A stretch of DNA of 64,000 bases from Eledone cirrhosa (lineage: Eukaryota): positions 390,662,001-390,726,000 of the forward strand of contig OZ024740.1 of assembly GCA_964016885.1 (NCBI GenBank), read 5' to 3'. Positions 1-11,960 of this stretch are shown one piece after another. The notes under the pieces were generated by a model. The model did no database searches. It had not been told where the DNA came from and was given only the letters and a program-made list of their open reading frames with translations. Position numbers and translations under genes: made by a program. The number at the start of each line of letters is the position of its first letter. Position 1 is the first letter of the stretch.

Positions 1-291
1 GACCACCAGGCGAAAGTCTCCCAGGTTGGCCACAACTTACTTTCCCTATTTTTCCACAGTTACTTTTTTGCATGTTTCTTTCACTTGTGTCTTCCCACGA
101 TGGGATCTGTACACTTTTTTTCTTCTATTCCTTTCCTATTTTTCCCCCTCTCCCGCTCTCCTCATCTTTTCCCCCCTGTTTTTCCTCCTTTCCCTCTTTT
201 TCCTTTTCTCTCTTCTTTTGTTCTCTCTTTTTCTCTCTCCTTTTCCACCTGGCCTTTTGATTAATAAAAGGCCCGGGCGCACCCGAAATAC

Positions 292-358
292 ACCGATGTC
301 CTGTAATTCAGCGCCGAAACATCGGTTCGGGATAAATTTACAGCTGACGATGGACACT
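292..358 (+). ncRNA. Candidate hammerhead ribozyme with non-circularly permuted strand order
   Basis: ACCGATGTC-CTGTAA (292-306), AGCGCC-GAAA-CATCGGT (310-326), TTACAG-CTGACGA-TGGACACT (338-358). Stem III is 8 bp (292-299/319-326), stem I is 6 bp (301-306/338-343), stem II is imperfect. GUC cleavage triplet at 298-300. Confidence 0.6.
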
Positions 359-591
359 CCTTTCTTCCTCTCTCCTCCTGTTCCGTCCTAACCACCATCC
401 TAAACCTTGTTTTTAGTAACCACACAGCTCTCCTTTCGTTTTTTGTATATATATATGTGTGTGTGTGTGTGTGTATGTGTGTGTGTGTGTCTGTGTGTGT
501 GTGTAGTAATAATAAAGGATTATATATATGTATTTCAGAAGATCCCGTTAAGGGTGAAAGCAGCGATTCTTTGCTTAAACTTATATATGAA

Positions 592-684
<93 letters not shown>

Positions 685-690
<6 letters not shown>

Positions 691-1143
691 GAGAATATCT
701 GTCTGTCTGCCTGTCTGTCCGATCACAAAATCTCGAGAAACACCCAACCAATTGTTTTCAATCTTTACACATGTAATACTTATGGTCCTGTGAGTCTTTT
801 GAACAAAGAATATTTCAAATTTTCAATGCCCTAGGGACCGCATTAGGCGATTTAGCGATCTCTCTCTCTCTCTCTTAGTATTTCTCTTTTTATATAGATA
901 CATAGATATAATGTTGCGTCCTTATAATATCTGTATGTATGCCTGACTGTCTGATTACGACATTATGACGTAGTTCTGTGTGTGTGTATACATATTTATG
1001 TATATAGTGTGTGTGTATATATATAGTGTGTAACGTTTTTCGAAATATTTACTTCTGCGTTCACAGATTAATTTTTTTACTTTAGTTTCAGAAGATCCCG
1101 TTAAGGGTGAAAGCAGCGTCTTTGGTTAAACTTAAATCTGTTA

Positions 1144-1238
<95 letters not shown>

Positions 1239-1343
1239 TCGTGTACAGATATAAACAAACGCATTTATTTTACGAGGCCTGATAAGGATAAATATATAAG
1301 AACCCTAGAGCAAATCCCGAGCAACGCCGGGCCATTCTGCTAG
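685..1343 (+). mobile_element. Non-autonomous Helitron, copy 1
   Basis: 5' AAAACAGAGAAT-(CTGT)n start; 3' hairpin CCCGAGCAACGCCGGG followed by CCATTCTG-CTAG (1340-1343). Internal segments recur at 534-590, 1400-1530 and inverted at 38650-38770. Confidence 0.7.
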
Positions 1344-1663
1344 TATATATCTAAAACAGAGAATGTCTGTCTGTCTGTCTGTCTGTCAGATCATTAAAAC
1401 CACCGAACCGATTGTTTTTCGAAATATTTACTTCTGCGTTCACAGATTGATTTTTTTAGTTTCAGAAGATCCCGTTAAGGGTGAAAGCAGCGATTCTTTG
1501 CTTAAACTTTAATTTGTTATTTTAATATATATTTAGTATATATTTCGCGATAAAGTATTGATTTTATTCGCACGGGAAAAAAACCCTGGTAATCTACGAC
1601 GAATTTTTTTATAAGCACAAAATGTAGACACCATCCCGAGGCCGAGGTATTCCGTACTTCTCT

Positions 1664-1705
<42 letters not shown>

Positions 1706-1862
1706 AAAGAATAGAGGTGTAACACACAAGTTATTATATATTGGTAAACGGAATAGAAAATGCCGACAAATTGTTCACAGTTGAAAAATGGTTTAATCAG
1801 GAATAACAGAGTATTAGTGATTGTATGGGTTAGTATTCAGTTGTGGTTTTAAGTTTTTAAGT

Positions 1863-1899
1863 TTTTACCGGTTGCGCATTTCTAAATGCTTTTCAAAAA
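1863..1899 (-). ncRNA. Minimal hammerhead-like motif (U3-A8 core, GCAA instead of GAAA) in the PLE A 3' end
   Basis: Minus strand: TTT-TTGAAAA-GCATT taga AATGC-GCAA-CCGG-TA-AAA. Same layout as the intact motif at 57589-57626. Confidence 0.55.
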
Positions 1900-2221
1900 T
1901 AATTTTGAGATAGAGTGTCCGTGCTGTTTGCTCTGATCTGATTAGTTTTGGGAATTCTACCTGTTTTTATGTTAAAAAAGTGGCTCCAGCGTTATTTTTG
2001 TGTTGCAAAAATGCTTGTGGTCAAAACAATTTTGATTGGTCGGTAGAGGTCATGTGAATGTAAAAAGTTGATTTTGCGCCAAGACTGTTTTTATGTTAAA
2101 ATGTTAAAAAAGTGGCTCCAGCAAAAATTCTTGGTCAAAACAATTTTGATTGGTCGGTAGAGGTCATGTGGATAAAAAATTGGTTTTGCGCCAAGATTGA
2201 GAAATGACTCTTTCACAACAA

Positions 2222-2335
<114 letters not shown>

Positions 2336-2404
2336 TAGTAGTAGTAAGGTGTTCGATGCTGCGACAATGGCCAGCAGCGATGTGTGTCAAATGGCTATTA
2401 AGAT

Positions 2405-2447
<43 letters not shown>

Positions 2448-2922
2448 GCAGAGTCATTCGAAGGTCAACAGATATTTTTCAGCTTTTGTCTTATACGGAG
2501 AAGTGAGTGTGTGTGTGTGTGTGTGTATAAGTCTCTTTGTATGTTGATGTACGCGTGTGTATGTGTTTGTGTATATATGTGTGTGTGTGTGTGTGTGTGG
2601 GTGGACCAGTATTTTTTTCCCCTGGTAAAATGGTGTACATTATTCGATTTTTTCAGTAAAATCGGTTCTCTTAATAGAACATCAAAAATCTTAACAATAA
2701 AAGGTGTGAAATGATATTCACTATATATATATACACACATACATATATTCACTACATATATATATATACATATACATATATACATACATATATATGCACA
2801 TATATTTTTTTGTATTGCACCATAGAGCATGTGTGTTTACGTGTGTCATTGTGTTTATATGTGGGTAGAGATGTGTGCTGATGTAGGTATGTATGTTGAC
2901 GTGTGTATGTTGTGGGTTCGTC

Positions 2923-5262
2923 TTAGGGAGAAGTGTTTAGACGGGGTCCGTATTTGTTAATGAAGTAAGATTCCTTGCTAATGCGCTGGGTGTGGGTGGA
3001 ATTATCTTTAAATTTGTAGAGGGGAAAGATTCTGAAGTTGGGATGATTTTGGGCGGCACAGGTATCAATGTGTTCACTCAGTGGTATTTTCCTGTATTCC
3101 CGTATTTTAATTTGGGATCTATGGACAGTCATGCGTTGGCGGAGGCTGTTTTTGGTCTGGCCTATGTATTGTTCTCGACAACCTGAACAAGTTAATACAT
3201 ATATTAGATTTTCCGATGCACATGTGAAATTGTGTTTTACTATAAAACGTTGTCCATCTTTGAAATAGAATTCCGAACCCTCTATTAGGTTGATGCAAAT
3301 GCCACAGTTGGGTCTATCGCATTTTTTTACTGTGGGTTTCGTTGTTGTGGTTGGCAGTACTTTGGCATGTGTTAAGATGTTTTTCATTGACTTGGATTGT
3401 CTTTTGCTCTTTATGATATCGTGTGTTCGTAGAATTTGGTTCATTCTATGGTCCTTTTTCAATACAGGGATGTTCTGGAGGATGGTGTCAAAGGCCTCAT
3501 TGTTGAGGGGGTTGTGTGTGGAGATGTATGGAAGAGCTTTTAGTTTTGGTTGATTTACTTTAGGGTGTCTAAGGTCCTGGGTACTGAGTTTTAGGGCACG
3601 TTGGATTCCATTGTCAATTAGTGATGCAGGGTAGTCCCTGCCTATGAGTGTGTCCTTTAGTTCTTGTAGCCGTAAGTAGCAGATGTTTTTATTGGAGACT
3701 ATAGTACAGATTCTCTTGGCTAAGTTGTAGGGAATATTAATTTTAACGTGTCTAGGGTGGCAAGAGTTGAAGGGGAGGTATTGCTTGGAGTCTGTGGGCT
3801 TGTAGTATATGTCTGTTTCTATTTTTTTGTTATGGATCTTAATGAGGATGTCGAGGAAGGGGAGTTGTTGATGGCTGTATTCCATCGTGAAGTTAATATT
3901 TGTGTTGAGCCCATTTATAAGGGTGTGAAATTCTTTAAGTTTTTCGATGTTTTCGTGCCAAAGGATGAAGCAGTCATCTAGATATCGCTTCCAGTTCCTT
4001 TCAATGTGTAAGTGGAGGGTGTTTCCAAATTTGTTTAGGACTTTAGTGTAGAGGGTGATTTCCAGGTATCCCATGACTAGGTTGGCATAAGTAGGGGCTG
4101 TTTTCGTTCCCATAGCGGTCCCAGATTTCTGCCTGTAGGGTTTGTTATTGAAAACGAAGTAATTGTTCTCCAAGATAAATTTGAGTCCCTCTATCACGAA
4201 TTCTTTTTTGATGCGTTGTGGGAGTTCATTGTGGAAATTATCCAGCCAGAATTGGATAGCTTCTATTCCTAGGTTGTGGGGGATGTTGGAGTATAGGTTG
4301 ACTACATCGAACGTCACTAGTAGGGTTTGTTCAGAAAGTGGCATATTAGGGAGGTGATTGAGCATATCTAGGTCGTCCCTTATATAGCTTTTGATGTGCT
4401 TGAGGAAGGGTTTGAGAAGGGTATCAATGAAGTTGCTAAGACGGTGCGTTTCGCAAGCGGGGCCTGCTATTATAGGTCTTAATTTGAGATCATTGGGTGA
4501 GGGGACATTGATGACTATGTCTGTGGCTTCCTTGCATGCCTTACTGATTGATTCGCTTTTATGTACTTTAGGGATACCGTAGAAAAGGCTGGATTTACTT
4601 GTGAAGTCTGTGATGAAGCTGAATTCCTTGTTAGTGAGTCCTTCTTTGTATTGGTTGATTAGAGTTTTTAGGTTTCTCATAATTTTCTGTTGATTGTAGT
4701 GTTCAGCCTTTTCGTAGTATGTTTCGTTTTCCAAAGTGGAGAGCGCTAAGTTGATATAGAATTCTGTCTCCATTAGGACTACTGTACTCCCTTTATCAGC
4801 CTCTTTAATTGTAATGGTTCTGTCGGTTTTTAATCTATTTAATTCTTCCCATTCTTTCTTGTTGAGGTTTGGCTTGTGTTTTTGTCTGTGCAAGTGTTGG
4901 TAAGGGAAGTGTGTGATGTGTTCACAGAATTCGTCCAGGATTTTATTTCTACCTTTTGAAGGGGTGTAATTGCTTCTATTTCTGGCTAATGATTCATCCT
5001 CATTGTACTGGTCGAATAGTTGTTCACTAAGTCGTAACTTTCTACAGAAGTCTGTGATGTCTTCCTTCATTTCATAGTAGTTAGGACGTAGTGGGGTCGG
5101 TGTGAATTTAAGACCTTTGGAGAGTAAGTTGATACGGTTGGGTGTTGGTTCTGCACTAGTAAGATTGATAATTTTTATTACTATCGGTTTCTCCTCCCTA
5201 ATCACTAATACTCTTTTATTCCTAATTAAACCATTTTTCAACTGTGAACAATTTGTCGGCAT
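2923..5262 (-). CDS. PLE reverse transcriptase with C-terminal GIY-YIG endonuclease (uninterrupted; first ~20 codons come from the inverted 3'-end copy)
   Basis: Motifs LSKGLKFTPTP, IKEADKG, FYGIPKVHK, LRPII, FDVVNLYSNIPH, GTAMG, RYLDD, Cys linker CDRPNCGIC, NLIYVLTCSGC..YIGQT..LRQRM..H, E and LN of the GIY-YIG domain. Confidence 0.93.
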   Translation of the reverse strand: MPTNCSQLKNGLIRNKRVLVIREEKPIVIKIINLTSAEPTPNRINLLSKGLKFTPTPLRPNYYEMKEDITDFCRKLRLSEQLFDQYNEDESLARNRSNYTPSKGRNKILDEFCEHITHFPYQHLHRQKHKPNLNKKEWEELNRLKTDRTITIKEADKGSTVVLMETEFYINLALSTLENETYYEKAEHYNQQKIMRNLKTLINQYKEGLTNKEFSFITDFTSKSSLFYGIPKVHKSESISKACKEATDIVINVPSPNDLKLRPIIAGPACETHRLSNFIDTLLKPFLKHIKSYIRDDLDMLNHLPNMPLSEQTLLVTFDVVNLYSNIPHNLGIEAIQFWLDNFHNELPQRIKKEFVIEGLKFILENNYFVFNNKPYRQKSGTAMGTKTAPTYANLVMGYLEITLYTKVLNKFGNTLHLHIERNWKRYLDDCFILWHENIEKLKEFHTLINGLNTNINFTMEYSHQQLPFLDILIKIHNKKIETDIYYKPTDSKQYLPFNSCHPRHVKINIPYNLAKRICTIVSNKNICYLRLQELKDTLIGRDYPASLIDNGIQRALKLSTQDLRHPKVNQPKLKALPYISTHNPLNNEAFDTILQNIPVLKKDHRMNQILRTHDIIKSKRQSKSMKNILTHAKVLPTTTTKPTVKKCDRPNCGICINLIEGSEFYFKDGQRFIVKHNFTCASENLIYVLTCSGCREQYIGQTKNSLRQRMTVHRSQIKIREYRKIPLSEHIDTCAAQNHPNFRIFPLYKFKDNSTHTQRISKESYFINKYGPRLNTSP

Positions 5263-5277
5263 TTTCTATTCCGTTTA

Positions 5278-5331
<54 letters not shown>

Positions 5332-5535
5332 TATATTCATGTACAGATATTTTTGCATACACAATAACAAAATATAAACAAACGTATTTATTTCACGAGG
5401 CTCGATAAGGATAAATATATATCAAATATATAAGAACCCTAGAGCAAATCCCGAACAACGCCGGGCCATTCTGCTAGTATATATATATAAAGTGTAAGTC
5501 AACAGGGTAAAATTGGCTTCGTTTATTCACATTCG

Positions 5536-5592
5536 CTGCTATTTATATTTCAGTGATAGCCATTATTCAACATCTATGACCTCATCAGGCAG
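5536..5592 (-). ncRNA. Type I minimal hammerhead ribozyme
   Basis: Minus strand: CTGC-CTGATGA-GGTCATAG..CTATCACT-GAAA-TATAAA-TA-GCAG. Stem I 4 bp; stem II 7 of 8 pairs. Confidence 0.7.
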
Positions 5593-6125
5593 TAAGAATT
5601 TAAACAGAAAAAACAGGAAAACATGATGTTGTAAGGGATTTTACCGTGTTAATTCGTTGACAGGCTCAGCTCCTAGGTGTGTTGTTAGTCCCCCTAAGGA
5701 ACTGGAATATATATATCAGAGGTGGGGGGTTAAGTGTGTAACAGCAGTTACAAGCGGCACGCCGTTCGAAGCACTCGATGCTGTTACGAGGTCCGTTTCA
5801 TTCTGGTTGTCTTCCAGTGTTACGGCTGTAGTCTGTAGAGTATAAATAGATTCAAAGAGTCGAAGTCAGTGTTGCAGTATATGTACAAACTTATTTGCAT
5901 ATTTCAATTGTTTCGATATTTTAATATGTTGAAACGGCAAAAACTTGGGCAGGGTCCCGACTCGTTTTAATATAATCATAATCTACTACTCTAAGTATGG
6001 AGTACTCTGTTGAGTAATGATCTAGCCAGTTACAAACTGAATCCATCCTAATTTATATATATATATAGGAAAATGTTTAACCTCGACGGCAGAGCTCAAG
6101 CCGTTTCGACGGCTATTTCCAGAAT

Positions 6126-7462
6126 GCCAAACCCATGACTTCCAAATATCTGATCCACCGAAACTCAGCTGTTTCGGACCACACCAAAATCAACATACTG
6201 ATTGCGGATTTGGTACGGGTGATGAGAAACGTGTCCCGCATGTGCAACCCCAAAGAACTAGAGAGACACATACAACACTTCATCCACCGTATGCAGTTCT
6301 CTGGTTACAACCAGAGAGATAAGATCAGAGTATATAGAGGAGCCAGAACCAAATGGGAAAAAATGGTAAATAATGATACAAATGGGACCTGCCCCTTGTA
6401 TAGGAGTATATTTTGGAATAGAATAGAAAGAACTAGGAATAAGGTTAATAGAATAAACTCATGGTATGATAGCAATAAATACCAGAGTGTAATGTTCATC
6501 AATACAACCCCTAGAGGTGAATTAGCTTACAAATTCAGAAGGGCCCTAGATAAACATAAATTCAATATTAAGATAGTAGAAAGACCAGGTACCTCCATAA
6601 AAACACTTATTAGCAATACATACCCATTTCAAAGACCTACCTGTATAGATAAGAAATGTATAATCTGTAAAATAAGCCCCCATATTAACTGTAAAACTAG
6701 AAATGTAGTATATAGCATAAGATGTACTGAAGGACAATGTAGAGATAAAAAATATAGTGTACATAGGTGAGACAGCTCGTAGTATAGGAGAACGGATAAA
6801 TGAACGCTAGCGAGAGCTTTAAGATAGTAAAGAATCATCTGTACTCTACCAACATGCTAAAATAGAACATAAGGGTAAATTAAAGAACAGAAATAAAAAT
6901 AGAATCTACACACAGAAAAGACGCAATGTTTAGAGGCAATAAACATAAATGAACTCCAACCAAAATTAAATAGAAAGCATGAATGGAATAGCAACATCAC
7001 AACTTACAATTAAGGACAAAATGAAAACACACACACACATAGAACAAACAACTAACCAGTAACATGTAAATAAACAAATAAATAAACAAATATAAACACA
7101 CAGACACCCGGATGTAACACATGCGCAAACTAAGCACACAACACACACAAAAACAAGATGGCGTAGGACAGAACAAAGGAGGGGCACAAAAACAAAGAAA
7201 AGAATCCCCAGTCACTGAAGAGGTCACAGAATGTGTGACGAAAGAACTTTGACAATATATGAACAATCGTCTGGTTGTGGAACCAACCAACCAACCGGAA
7301 ATTTATAAATTCCTAAATTTATAAATTTAATTTATAATAAATTGAAGTGTAGCAACTGGTGCGTGTGTTTCTTATTGGCAACATGACCCTCCCAAAGTAT
7401 AACAATATCGGTTTCAACGCAGGTTTTCAGATGAATCTTGCTAAACAAATTCAGAAACGAAA
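6126..7462 (+). mobile_element. 5'-truncated, degenerate copy of PLE family B (RT thumb, GIY-YIG and 3' end)
   Basis: Near-identical to 23920-25273 (MTSKYLIHRNSA...). Stops and frameshifts in the GIY-YIG part; ends in (TA)n. Confidence 0.9.
7211..7253 (+). ncRNA. Minimal hammerhead ribozyme of PLE family B
   Basis: GTCA-CTGAAGA-G-GTCACA gaatg TGTGAC-GAAA-GAAC-TT-TGAC. Confidence 0.75.
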
Positions 7463-7689
7463 TATATATATATATATATGTGTGTGTATGTATGTATGTA
7501 GTATGTATGTATGTATGTATGTATGTATGTATGTATGTATGTATGTATGTATGTATGTATGTATGTATGTATGTATGTATGTATGTTCTTCTGGTTTTAT
7601 AATTTCACAAATTTTACCAATAGAGAGAGAGTCGGTTTCTAACATAGACACAAGCCTCTCTCATTGGAATTTACACAACGTTAACTAGG

Positions 7690-8222
7690 TAGATATGTAT
7701 GTATGCATGCATGTGTAGATATGGATGTTATTGTATGTGTGGATGTGGATGTTTTGAGTTGTATGTGTGCATGTGTATATATGCTTTGTATCTGTACATG
7801 TGTATATGCAGTTATTAGATGCAATATTTTGGGAATGTTTTACATATTTTTTACTGTTCCATTAATGGATTGTACTTGTAATTTCCTAACCAGTTGCGTT
7901 CTTTCTGTTCCTGTGAAGCCTAGCTTTTCAAGATTTGTATTGAGGCAGTTACTAACATATCCCAGTGCCCCAATAATCACAGGCATAAATCTGAAGGTAT
8001 AATCAGGGTGGAGTATCTGCAGATTTCTCATCAGTTCTGCATAAATATTCTCCTTTTCGCTAATCTTTGATATTATATTGGCATCTACTGGGCAGCTAAT
8101 TTCCACTACTGTGCATGCTTTCTTCTTCCTGTCCCATATCATAATATCTGGTCTGTTATGCCTGCATTTTATTGGGGTTTTTACTGGAACATTCCACCAG
8201 TATTCTTTCATATTATGTACTT
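7690..8222 (-). mobile_element. R4/Dong-like non-LTR retrotransposon 3' fragment (restriction-like endonuclease)
   Basis: HNRPDIMIWD...VVEISCP...EKENIYAEL...PVIIGALG, the PD-(D/E)xK RLE signature. Confidence 0.8.
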
Positions 8223-8606
8223 GTATGTATGTATTTATGTATGTATGTATGTAAATGTGAGGGTGCGTTGTATGTCTGCATATGTGCATATGTATGTACG
8301 ACAACGTTAATATGAACCGAATCTGCCTAAACAGTACAAATCAGAATTCAAGTTACACTTGCGCCAGGTAGAAAAGGGAGGTAAATATTAATTTCAACGC
8401 TTACTAGTCTCCCTTGGTTTAATACCGAATCCACTAAAGATAGTTGTAATATAAACACATAGACGTGAGTATAAATACACACTGCTACATAGGTACTTAG
8501 AAATGTGTGCACGTACTCACATTAACACATATCTTTTTGCTTACTTAATAGTTCTTTAATCTATCCTTTCATTTATGGCAGTCTGATAAAATAGATTTTT
8601 AGATAC

Positions 8607-9440
8607 TTCATTCAGCCCAGGGACTATGGATAACTTCCAAAAATCCCTGGCCTGGCAGTGCTACCGGGGAGCGCTGCCGGTTCGAGATAAGCTCTACAGG
8701 CACGGAAGTGCCGTCAACCGAGCCTATCCGAGATGCGCGCAGAGCGACGAAACAGTCGTGCACGCACACGTTCAGTGCCCGAGCATTGCTGATGTATGGA
8801 GCTATGTCGAACAGTTGCTGTCGCGTGTAGGAATGATCCGGTTATCGACTGAGTCCATTGTGCAGATGGTCTCGCCCTCTTCCTTCGAGGAGGAAGGGCA
8901 GGCGGTTTTCATCTGCTTGGTGGCCATGGCGAAAGAGATTGTGTGGTGGGCAAGGTTGAAAGGGTTAAAGACAGACACTTTCCTCTTCGACGAATCCCTA
9001 ATTAACTTTTTCAAGTTTCACTTGAAGAGGAAAATCAGGGTGGAGAGGCAAGTGCTGCCTTCTAGCAAGTTTGTTGAAAGGTGGGTGAATGTAGCGAGAA
9101 TTGTCCGAGTGAACGGGACCGCTCTGAATATACGTCTGTAGTTTGAGAAATGGAAAAATTGAGAGAGGGCGCTTGCCCTGGTGGTCAGGGTGGCCGTGGT
9201 CTTTTGTGTGGTTTTCGCCACGAGTAACCCTCGGAGGTTTCCCCCCTATTGGAGAATTTTTCATTGTTTCAATTTTCATTTTTATTGTTTATATATATAT
9301 ATATGTGTTTCTAAGTCTTTTTTTTTCTTTTCTTATATAAATAATAAAAATATTTACACGCACAAAACCCACATCGTATCGTCCTGTACCGTCTGTAATG
9401 TTTTTCTTGATGTCAGCCCTTGTGGCCAATAAAGAAATCA

Positions 9441-9472
<32 letters not shown>
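8607..9472 (+). mobile_element. Tx1/L1-like LINE 3' fragment with (ATT)n tail
   Basis: ORF 8626-9141 encodes the ORF2 C-terminal zinc-binding region (AWQCYRGALP..RCAQSDETVVHAHVQC). AATAAA followed by (ATT)n. Homologous to 27046-27810 and 52345-52800. Confidence 0.8.
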
Positions 9473-11960
9473 GGCGACCTACGTAGTAAATCGTATCATC
9501 GTGAGCTCCGCAAAGGTTTGTTATTTTCAGTTGTTTAAAATTGCCATTCATGGAAAATTTTTATTGTTAACTATATATAAGTGCACATACATTGTTATCT
9601 GAAAAGGACACCCAAAAAGATTGGGGCCTTGAGCCCAAAAATTTAAACTTTTATAATTATCAAACAAAAATTTTTCTTTGAAACATCATGGCTGACTCAG
9701 AGTCATTCCTTTCTCACAAACTAACACCTCACACCGACACCACCATTGTAAATATTACTACGTTTGCCAACACTAAAAATATAAGCAGTAGCAATATTTT
9801 AAATTTGTTTCAGGCAGACATTCATTTCCCGCCATTACCAATGACTTCAGGTGTTAAAGCCGCCACTCCCACCACCACCGCGACAACAGAAACAAAAGAA
9901 AAAAATAAATTAACACGTGATATCGAAATGAATTCAACCAAAATGAACTCTTCCACACCGAACACCACTGACGCAACCACCACTACAACTGAAACTAAAA
10001 TTAATAATAACAAAAATAACGATAACAACAACAGCAACAATGACATGAAGAAAACCACCCTGAGTTTTGCCAGAGTAGCAAAACAGTGCGAAGCATTTCA
10101 GGTAACTCAGGAGGAATTAGAAGAAGCCAAAAAAATGGTAAAGAAAGATGGGTACAGGGTCAGCCTCAACCCCCCACCTAATAAAATGGAGCATCGGCGC
10201 CTATGCACCGTGTCTTATCGAACAATTAATATAAAATCGCGCCGAGTGGAGTGGAACGGGCATCCGAGTCCCAAATCCAAAAAGCTTTGGGACATGTGTG
10301 GGCAAAAAAAACCCACATCAGACGTGGGCAGAAGTATGGAACCGTGGACGTGTTCTTTGAAACACCACAGGAGGCTAGAGAACACTCTATGGCCCCATTA
10401 AGAAGTGCCGACTTCACACTCGTCCCAAGCTATTGTGGCCAGAGACTCATAAAGATCAGGGTCACCCACGTTCCACCGGCCATCGAAATTCCCTGGCTAA
10501 TAGCTGCCGTCCTCGCCGGCATCGAAGCCAACACCAAGATAATCGAAATAGCGAAAGAAAAGCAGGAGAACTGCTCCGGATCTGGGATGGAACTCCTGAT
10601 CCAAGCGGACCAAAAAAGCATTGAGGAGATTCCAGAGGTAATAGACCTCACTGACGGCAGCCACCTCACCGTAATTGTCGAGGGCAGAAGGCCTAGGTGT
10701 GTCGTTTGTGGTGAAGGAACCCACCTAAGAGCTTTCTGCCCTCAGGCTAAAAGGTTGAGGCCACCTCTCTTACCCACCCCAGTGACTCAACCATCAACAC
10801 CACCAGCAGCAGAGATGGCAGCAACTACTGTAGCAGCAACAACAAAAGCAACTGTAACAGCAATAACCCCAGCATCACCCCAAACACCAACACCATCACC
10901 ATCATTAACCCCAACACCAGCATCACCTACACCACAAAAGTCACCAAAATGCGAAACAGAAACAAACCCACAACAAACGCAAACAAAACAAAACAACCAA
11001 AACGATACACACTACACAGCATTAAATTTGAACAACAACCAATTATTACACTACATCCAACACAACACCAGCATCACAGAAAAAGACTACACAACAACCC
11101 AAAAGTTCACACCACCTCCACACATACAAATCACTCGCATCACACAGAAAACGTACATGACACTAAAACAAAAATTCCCCAAAGACATCGGAGACTTCCG
11201 ACAAGCACTCTCCAGGAGGATTTATAAGGACATCCTTCCTGAGGAGGCCACAAGCAGTGAAAAGGATGGAGAAACCGTCCTTCCTCTACGAGAAGTAAGG
11301 TAAGTGGTCTTTCCCATCTTTTCCACTCCATTTCAACATGACCTCACTCGGAATAGGCAGCATAAATGCGCGTGGCTTGGGGTCGTCATGGAAGCAGGGC
11401 CACCTGCTCAACGACCTCAAGTCACTAAACATAGATGTAGTGGCCATCAGCGAGACCAGAATCTCCGAAGCACGGGCCTTCGCACCGATCTTCGGCGGCT
11501 ACGATGTGTACGCATCTCCCAGGCGTCCGGGATCGGGGGGAGGAGTTGCTGTGCTTTTTCGGAGAGGTTTGGATCTAGCCATACGGGCCATCTTCCTAGA
11601 CCCAGAAGATAAGTTGGTGGTGCTGGACGTGACCAGCGGAGACGGGTAAGCTTTCAGGTTAGTGGCCGTCTATGCCCCGACAGGAGCAGGGTGGCCTGAT
11701 TTCTTCCGGCGTCTGGAGACCTTTCTTGGAACGTCCCGCTCTTTAGTGTTAGTGGGCGACTGGAATGGGATCTTAGATGCACGCTGGGACTGTGTGGGAT
11801 TAGTGGATAGGGGAGAATGGTGCAAGAGTCTCACCAACCTGCTCAGGCGTTTTGAACTGTCTGACAGGTACAGATTGGATTTCCCGAATGTGCCAATGTG
11901 GACTTGGACAATTCGCATAGGGTCATCCAGATCATATCTAGATAGAGTATTTTGTAGGGA
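9473..11960 (+). mobile_element. Tx1/L1-like LINE 5' portion: ORF1 (frameshifted near 10245) and start of ORF2 APE endonuclease
   Basis: ORF1 CCHC knuckle CVVCGEGTHLRAFC. ORF2 from 11338: SINARGL, ISET, GGVAVLF, VYAP, LVGDWN, WTW, SYLDRVF, with an internal stop at 11647. Confidence 0.85.
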
